From positions 690,001 through 722,000 of the forward strand of contig NC_014148.1 of the NCBI RefSeq assembly GCF_000092105.1: a stretch of DNA of 32,000 nt, read 5' to 3'. The position numbers and the translations under genes were made by a program. The notes under the pieces are model-generated. The model made no database searches. It was not told the DNA's origin and saw only the letters and a list, made by a program, of their open reading frames with translations. This DNA is from Planctopirus limnophila DSM 3776. GTDB taxonomy: Bacteria; Planctomycetota; Planctomycetia; Planctomycetales; Planctomycetaceae. The stretch's first letter is position 1. Each line of letters starts with the position of its first letter. Positions 26,499 to 32,000 of the stretch are shown here, one piece after another.

Positions 26499-28052
26499 AT
26501 GTTTATTCTGGCAAGAGAATCATTTGCTTCAGTGGAAAATGTCGTGTCGCAAGAGAACTGTTTATGGCGTTGGATCAAGTTCCTGTGTTTAGGCTTAATC
26601 GCTGTTAACTCGCAGGCTGTCCGAGCAGAGGATGGGAAAAATCCCACTCGTCCAAATGTGATTTTCATCATGGCGGATGATCTGGGGTATACCGATCTGG
26701 GTTGCTTTGGCAGCCGATATTATGAAACGCCTCACATCGATCAACTGGCCCGGCAAGGCGTCCGTTTCCTGAATCACCATCACTGTCAGAATTGTGCACC
26801 CACTCGGGCCGCCATTATGACCGGGCAATATGGGCCCCGAACGGGTGTTTACACCGTGGGAAGCATTGACCGGTTCGACTGGCAAAGCCGACCTCTGCGG
26901 CCTGTCGAGAATGTGGAGAAGTTGCCTCTCGACCCGGCAACTATTGCACAGCAGGTGCAGCGCAGCGGCTACCAAACCGGAATGTTCGGGAAGTGGCACC
27001 TGGGGCTGAATGGCTCTTACCATCCGTCGCAACGCGGCTTTCATGAAGCGGTCGAATCTTCTGGCCAGCACTTCAATTTCAAAACCACTCCAGCGCAGAA
27101 AGATACCGAAGGAAAGTATCTGGCCGACTACCTGACAGATCGCGCCATCGACTTTATCGAGCGGCATCAGTCGGAACCATTTTTTCTATACTTGCCCCAT
27201 TTTGGTGTGCATTCACCATTTCAGGCGAAGAAGGAATGGATCGAGAAGTTTGAAAACAAGCCGGGCGTGGGTGGCCATAGGAACCCGGTGTATGCCGCGA
27301 TGATCGCCAGTGTGGATGAAAGTGTCGGGCGAATCCTCGATAAGCTGGACGAACTCAAACTCGCCGACAAGACCGTGGTGATCTTTGCCAGTGATAATGG
27401 TGGAGTGGGAGGCTACGAACGGGAAGGTTTGCACAAAGCCAATGATGTGACCGATAACGCACCATTGCGAAGTGGTAAAGGGAGCCTGTACGAAGGTGGA
27501 ACTCGTGTACCTTTAATTGTGCGCTGGCCTGGCGTGGCACCCGCAGGGGTTGAGTGCCGCACGCCGACAATCCATGTCGATCTTTATCCGACGTTCCTGG
27601 AGATCACTTCGGCTGAGCACCCCGGGCATCCCCTCGATGGTGAGAGTCTGGTGAAGTTGATCAAAGACCCCGGGGCAAAGCTCCATCGAGAGGCCATTTT
27701 CCAGCACTTTCCCGGTTATCTGGGTTCGGGTCAGAACCAGTGGCGAACCACACCTGTGAGTTTGATTCAAAGTGGTGACTGGAAGCTGATGGAGTTTCTG
27801 GAAGATGGGCGACTGGAACTTTACAACCTCACCAGCGATGTGGGGGAACAAAAGAATCTGGCAGCCACATATCCTGACAAGGTGAACGAATTGCAGTCCA
27901 GGCTCAAAGCGTGGCGCGAGGAGATTAAAGCCCCTATGCCTGCGAAAAATGCTTCACCTTCCGAGAGCAACAATGGTGTGAGAAAGGGAAGAGCCAGTCA
28001 GAAAAAATCACAGAAGGGAAAAGCCAAAGCAGCTGCTTCCTCCGAAGATTGA
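26499..28052 (+). CDS. Formylglycine-dependent sulfatase (arylsulfatase A family)
   Basis: NVIFIMADDLGYTDLGCFG and the CxPxR signature CAPTRAAIMTG (Cys codon 26793-26795), plus GKWHLG and FASDNGG. It has a signal-like N-terminus and a Lys-rich C-terminal tail. Confidence 0.9.
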   Translation: MFILARESFASVENVVSQENCLWRWIKFLCLGLIAVNSQAVRAEDGKNPTRPNVIFIMADDLGYTDLGCFGSRYYETPHIDQLARQGVRFLNHHHCQNCAPTRAAIMTGQYGPRTGVYTVGSIDRFDWQSRPLRPVENVEKLPLDPATIAQQVQRSGYQTGMFGKWHLGLNGSYHPSQRGFHEAVESSGQHFNFKTTPAQKDTEGKYLADYLTDRAIDFIERHQSEPFFLYLPHFGVHSPFQAKKEWIEKFENKPGVGGHRNPVYAAMIASVDESVGRILDKLDELKLADKTVVIFASDNGGVGGYEREGLHKANDVTDNAPLRSGKGSLYEGGTRVPLIVRWPGVAPAGVECRTPTIHVDLYPTFLEITSAEHPGHPLDGESLVKLIKDPGAKLHREAIFQHFPGYLGSGQNQWRTTPVSLIQSGDWKLMEFLEDGRLELYNLTSDVGEQKNLAATYPDKVNELQSRLKAWREEIKAPMPAKNASPSESNNGVRKGRASQKKSQKGKAKAAASSED

Positions 28053-28128
28053 TTCCACTCGAACGAATCCTGTCAACTGAGAACCTTTTGTGATTTGTAA
28101 GCTCAAACTAACTCGACTTGTAGCCTCT

Positions 28129-28596
28129 TCATTGAGGCTTAGCGGCGTCGAGCAGATCATTCTCCTGCTGGGCCGTTCTGCGTGTCGGTGGAACAAAGAG
28201 TGGAGCGTCACCATCGGAGTTGGAATCGTTGTTTTTCGGGGCTGACCATTGGTCGTTTCCATTCCGAAAACCATCCCGCACTGTCGAGTTCGGATTTGCT
28301 GACGAACGAGGAGGTTCTACGTTACCTTGTTCTTCAGGCCAATCGCGGGAGAACTGATCATCCTGTGGTTGCTGATTGGCAGAATTGCGGCGGATGGTGC
28401 GATCGGCTGCACTTTGCAAAGCCGTCCGAGCCTGCCTGGCGTCTTCCTGGATTTTCTGCTTGTTGACTTCGAGGTGCAGATCGACCTTCCCTTCCTCAGG
28501 TCGATTGGTCGTGACAACTGCGAACCATTGCCTCGAAAAGCCCACGATGGCGAGTAGCACCACGCCGATAAGGATGAATTGCACAAAGCTTTTCAT
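28129..28596 (-). CDS. Hypothetical N-terminally anchored small protein
   Basis: 155 aa with a single N-terminal TM segment (FVQFILIGVVLLAIVGF), followed by a polar, low-complexity sequence. I recognise no family. Confidence 0.6.
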   Translation of the reverse strand: MKSFVQFILIGVVLLAIVGFSRQWFAVVTTNRPEEGKVDLHLEVNKQKIQEDARQARTALQSAADRTIRRNSANQQPQDDQFSRDWPEEQGNVEPPRSSANPNSTVRDGFRNGNDQWSAPKNNDSNSDGDAPLFVPPTRRTAQQENDLLDAAKPQ

Positions 28597-28802
28597 TGCC
28601 GGGTTCCCAGGGCAAAATGCAGAAAGACAGAATACCGCTGATGGAAGTTATCGGCGAAAAACGTCTGTCGAATCGACTCACTCATGGAAAGTCGCGGGGA
28701 GAGTCGAGCAATTGATTCTCGATCACTCAAAGATAGGCTCAACGTCTGATGACCACGAGCGTGGTGTCTTCACCATTGCGTCATAACGACAGGTTCGTTC
28801 AA

Positions 28803-29819
28803 TCAGGGAACGATGAAGACCGCACCGGTTGTGGCACCTGCCTGAAAGAGTGCGCCGCGCAGACTCCAGGGGATTAACCGCTTTTCGTAGGGGGCTGGCG
28901 AGCCGGGAAGTGGTTCACCCAGGGTATAAATCGGTTCCCAGGGGAGATCGACACCCATCTGGTAGGGGAGAATGGGAACTCGACCAAAGAAAGCTGCCGC
29001 AGAGACAAACGGCTGGAAGGCTTCCGCCTTCATCCGATCACAATCTGTGGCACAGTAGTCACAAGTTTCGCGGCCCCAGCCATGAGTGTAGCCCAGTCGT
29101 TCGAGCATGGGTTCTTCGAAGTAGAGCGGCAAGTGCCTCGTGGCCGCCGCTTCCCATTCCACTTCCTGCCACATCCACGGCCGGCTGATTCCGGTGACCA
29201 TCACTTGTGTCGGGAGTGTGGAAGCCATCTCACGAGCCCGATTGCGGGGAATCTCTCCTGCTGGAAGTGCGATGGAGGCTTTCAGAGAAACAACAGGTCG
29301 GTCATTTCCCGCCCAGGGAACGGGAGAATTCGGATCTTCAGTAGCAGTTGTTCCTGCAGTTTTTCCGGCATCTGGAGCGGGAGGCAATGGTGGTTGGATT
29401 TGTTCAGCAGCAGGCGTATTGACCTGAGTCGATGGAGGCAGCGGAAGAGGGGACTGGGGAGCCGACTGATTGCTGACAGGCAGCACTTCGCTGGCCCACT
29501 CTTCGAAAGCATCGTCACTGTCGAATGCCGGCGGGAGTTCTCCGGGAGTTGAACCCACCGGTTGGGGAGGAACCAGGAACGACTCTTCGACTGGATCGAA
29601 GGGCGGCACTGGCTTGTTATCAGCCTCAGCACCCGAAACAGCATCCCCGGAAATCGCGGCTATCTGTTGGGCGAAAAGAGGGGCCGAAGTCACCAGTGTG
29701 CAGCAGCAAATCAAAGTGAACACCCAGCCCAGGCCCACGGGACGACAAGACAGCGACAGGCTGCGAGCATGTCGGTCATCCGGTGACGATGGTGAATCTG
29801 GAAGATCAATTCGACGCAT
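28803..29819 (-). CDS. Hypothetical secreted or anchored Pro-rich protein with a C-terminal Cys-containing domain
   Basis: 338 aa. It has an N-terminal hydrophobic segment (GWVFTLICCCTLVTSAPLFA) and a Pro-rich linker. The C-terminal region (RHLPLYFEEPMLERLGYTHGWGRETCDYCATDCD...) resembles a motif I recall from other planctomycete hypothetical proteins. Confidence 0.75.
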   Translation of the reverse strand: MRRIDLPDSPSSPDDRHARSLSLSCRPVGLGWVFTLICCCTLVTSAPLFAQQIAAISGDAVSGAEADNKPVPPFDPVEESFLVPPQPVGSTPGELPPAFDSDDAFEEWASEVLPVSNQSAPQSPLPLPPSTQVNTPAAEQIQPPLPPAPDAGKTAGTTATEDPNSPVPWAGNDRPVVSLKASIALPAGEIPRNRAREMASTLPTQVMVTGISRPWMWQEVEWEAAATRHLPLYFEEPMLERLGYTHGWGRETCDYCATDCDRMKAEAFQPFVSAAAFFGRVPILPYQMGVDLPWEPIYTLGEPLPGSPAPYEKRLIPWSLRGALFQAGATTGAVFIVP

Positions 29820-30263
29820 TGACCAGGGCTCCCTCCGAGCGTCGTCCTCTCGATTTTGCCAGCAGAAAAAATGTCAGTGGAAAATCGGTGAGCACAGACA
29901 GGCGTCTCTCGTCTCTTCGTCGTCAGGTGAGACGACTCTCAAGGCCAAAATGTTCTCTCCCGAGAGCTGTTTCAAAGAAAGTCCACTGACGGCGCCTGTC
30001 TTTCCTAGATTACCCAGATTTTAGATTTGGTGGTTGTACGCAGGAATATTCTGGAAATCGACGAGTCGTAAGGTTGGGAATGGGTAACTCGTCAGTTTTT
30101 ACGAGAAGACGGCACAATCCGTGCAATTGAAGGATTTTTTCTCGTACATGCCTACCCATGAGTGCAAAATGAAACAAACGCGAGAAGTCGGGCGGAATTC
30201 TGCCTCAGACTCGTGCATTGTGCGCAAGTGATGGCTCCTGAATATCCAGAAGAATTCCTACGA

Positions 30264-30332
30264 CCGGTAATGTCGAGTTACCGGCCAACCCCTTCGGGTT
30301 TTTCCCTCACGTAGAGTTCGTGCCTCTGAGGG
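30264..30332 (+). promoter_or_regulatory. Three consecutive small hairpins in the long leader of the adhesin-like gene
   Basis: H1 is CCGGTAA (30264-30270) with TTACCGG (30278-30284). H2 is AACCC-CTTC-GGGTT (30287-30300) followed by TTT. H3 is CCCTCA (30304-30309) with TGAGGG (30327-30332). They lie about 100-170 nt upstream of the ATG at 30435. Confidence 0.3.
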
Positions 30333-30434
30333 AGGGCCGCGATGTGGTTCGATGACCTAGTTTGTAAGTGATGGGGCCATGACTGAGGACAGGATACGGA
30401 GTTCCTGCCGTCGCTTAAGGCCCGGAGGTTTTTC

Positions 30435-32000
30435 ATGTCAGTGACCCAATGGCTGCAGAATCTTGTGGCCTCCAAACAACGCGATGTGGCGACCTGTCTG
30501 AAACCAGGCAGTCTGCGCTCGACCCTCCTGCAGGTCGAGCCGCTGGAGGAACGTCGCGTCTTCAGTGTGACCCCCGTGCTGAATGGAAGCGTACTGGAGA
30601 TCACTCTCGATGCTGACGGAGACACCGCCTATCTGCGAACTGACGATCTGAATAACGAGCTAGAGGTATACGATCAAACCAACACACTGATTGATTCATT
30701 CGATTACAGCACGTTTCATTCGATCAGTTTGATTGGTGATGGTGCGAATAGTGGGGTGCAGACAGTTGTCTTCGACAATTCAACCTCATTGAATCTGGCG
30801 GGCGACATCACGACTTCAAGTGATGATATTGAGATCATCAGTATCAATGGCGATTTGAACCTCACAGGGGAATTGTCGCTGACTGTCGGCGAGTCAATTT
30901 TTGTTGGCACGAATCGCATCGTATCCGCAGATGACGGAATTTCGCTCCTTGCTTTGAGCGGAACGAACGCAACAGAAGTTAATCTGGCTGCCGATTCGTC
31001 ACTGACGACACTTGGAAAGATTGAGCTTCGCTCTGATGCCGGTGATATCCATGCGGGATTTTTGACTGCGGGCGATCAGATTGAAGTGGTGGCACAGGAT
31101 CAGATCACGTTCGCCAGTGACATCGCCTTTACGACGAGCGGAATCGTCAATCTGGCTGTTACATCCACTTTGGGCGATATTGAACTCAACGGTTCGATTG
31201 ATGCAGACTCTTCGACGGGTGGGGCTTATCTGTTTAACCTCGGGCCTTCGGGAACGCTGTTCCTGAATGGCGATATTCACGCACCGGCTTCTGCGGGGCA
31301 GACCACAGTCGATGGGAATCTGACATTCGGAAATGGTTTCAGTTTCGATCAGTTCTTTCTCACGGGGAGTACGCCGAATGGTGACTATGACACCACGGGA
31401 AGTGCGTTTCTGGTAACGGGTGCCAACCGTGTGGTCGATCTGGGGAATGCAGACTTTACGTTTACCCGAGAGCCCGGCTATCTGGCTGTTGTCGGGGATC
31501 AGTTTCAGGTGATTGCGCTGGCCGACTCCAGCAGCAGCATCACCGGGAATTTCTCCAACCGCTCAGAAGGGGATGAATTCTATAGCGAAGGGGTGCGTTA
31601 CAAGTACTCTCAGGCTGGCGGAGATGGTAACGATGTCGCACTGACGATCCTTTCGCCGACCACCGTCTGGGTCGATGACGACTTTGCCGCACTGTTGAAT
31701 GGCGATGATCCTGCCGGGCCCAGAGTGATGTTTGGTTACGACAGTTTTGCTCTCGTTCAGCAGGGTGTCGATCAAGTGGCAGATATGGGTCTGGTCAATG
31801 TCGCCGCCCATGCCACCAGCTATAACGAAGAGGTCGTCGTTACTGGAAAATCTCTCACGCTCGTTGGCGAGAGCGCCAGCACCACCACCATTTTCTCCTC
31901 CACAGGAACAGCGTTTTCAGCGAGCAACGCAGCTGACATCAGGCTCGAACAGTTGACGTTCTCAGGTGTGAATTCGTTGGACTTAAGTGCCATTGATGCG
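30435..32000 (+). CDS. Large secreted adhesin-like or beta-helix repeat protein, 5' partial (continues beyond the window)
   Basis: I translated this by hand. The ATG at 30435 is preceded by an in-frame TGA at 30384, and the frame stays open for all 522 codons to nt 32000. It is absent from the ORF track because it has no stop. The N-terminus is MSVTQWLQNLVASKQRDVATCLKPGSLRSTLLQVEPLEERRVFSV. The body is rich in Gly/Asp/Asn/Thr beta-strand repeats. It contains one RTX-like nonapeptide (GGDGNDVAL) and a segment resembling a right-handed beta-helix (VNVAAHATSYNEEVVVTGKSLTLVGE). Confidence 0.85.
   Translation, partial: MSVTQWLQNLVASKQRDVATCLKPGSLRSTLLQVEPLEERRVFSVTPVLNGSVLEITLDADGDTAYLRTDDLNNELEVYDQTNTLIDSFDYSTFHSISLIGDGANSGVQTVVFDNSTSLNLAGDITTSSDDIEIISINGDLNLTGELSLTVGESIFVGTNRIVSADDGISLLALSGTNATEVNLAADSSLTTLGKIELRSDAGDIHAGFLTAGDQIEVVAQDQITFASDIAFTTSGIVNLAVTSTLGDIELNGSIDADSSTGGAYLFNLGPSGTLFLNGDIHAPASAGQTTVDGNLTFGNGFSFDQFFLTGSTPNGDYDTTGSAFLVTGANRVVDLGNADFTFTREPGYLAVVGDQFQVIALADSSSSITGNFSNRSEGDEFYSEGVRYKYSQAGGDGNDVALTILSPTTVWVDDDFAALLNGDDPAGPRVMFGYDSFALVQQGVDQVADMGLVNVAAHATSYNEEVVVTGKSLTLVGESASTTTIFSSTGTAFSASNAADIRLEQLTFSGVNSLDLSAIDA

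Noticed and set aside
29820-30434. The idea that the adhesin leader is a c-di-GMP (GEMM-type) riboswitch, given the nearby HD-GYP gene and the adhesin target.
   Set aside because: I could not find the conserved GEMM features, such as the tetraloop-receptor arrangement or the conserved junction nucleotides, by eye. I retained it only as a generic structured-leader observation that needs an Infernal scan.
30278-30625. A 115-aa minus-strand ORF overlapping the start of the adhesin-like gene.
   Set aside because: The plus-strand frame is open for 522 codons with coherent repeat structure. The minus-strand product is Ser/Arg-rich with no motifs and is most likely spurious.
1-32000. I scanned the intergenic regions and gene products of the window for CRISPR arrays, IS or transposase genes, integrases, tRNA or rRNA genes, toxin-antitoxin pairs and known defence-system signatures.
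   Set aside because: I found none. There are no regularly spaced repeat arrays beyond the 3-unit 17-bp repeat. I also saw no DDE or tyrosine-recombinase motifs, no cloverleaf-like sequences in the intergenic regions, and no nuclease, ATPase or methylase gene combinations.

Overview
This window looks like ordinary chromosome from a Planctomycetota-type genome. I infer the phylum from gene content: a DUF1592/DUF1588-family protein with heme-binding motifs paired with a DUF1552 protein, a sulfatase, ArnT/PMT-like membrane glycosyltransferases, and a giant adhesin-like protein with an N-terminal LEPLEERR motif. I support 22 protein-coding genes, one of which runs off the 3' end and is missing from the ORF track. 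Left to right they are: a PfkB sugar kinase; a small membrane protein; a secreted Gly/Ala-repeat protein; a Spy/CpxP-like LTxxQ periplasmic protein; a TetR regulator followed by an RND efflux adaptor and pump; a CoA-binding protein; an HExxH protein; an adenosine-kinase-like PfkB kinase; an HD-GYP protein with substituted catalytic residues; two tandem polytopic GT-C glycosyltransferases; an MDR-family dehydrogenase; an Old Yellow Enzyme; a co-directional four-gene cluster (DUF1592-family protein, DUF1552 protein, orphan secreted protein, sulfatase); two hypothetical secreted or anchored proteins; and the 5' part of a large beta-helix/adhesin-like gene. I found no rRNA, tRNA, CRISPR array, transposase, integrase, or recognisable defence, toxin-antitoxin or phage module. 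The most system-like candidate of unknown function is the four-gene cluster at 21128-28052. Other points worth checking are a 17-bp tandem direct repeat between tetR and the efflux genes, a different palindrome at the putative tetR promoter, the degenerate HD-GYP, the paired GT-C enzymes, a hairpin overlapping a start codon, and an 11-nt motif shared by two adjacent start sites. All domain calls rest on motifs I recognise by eye. No database search was run.
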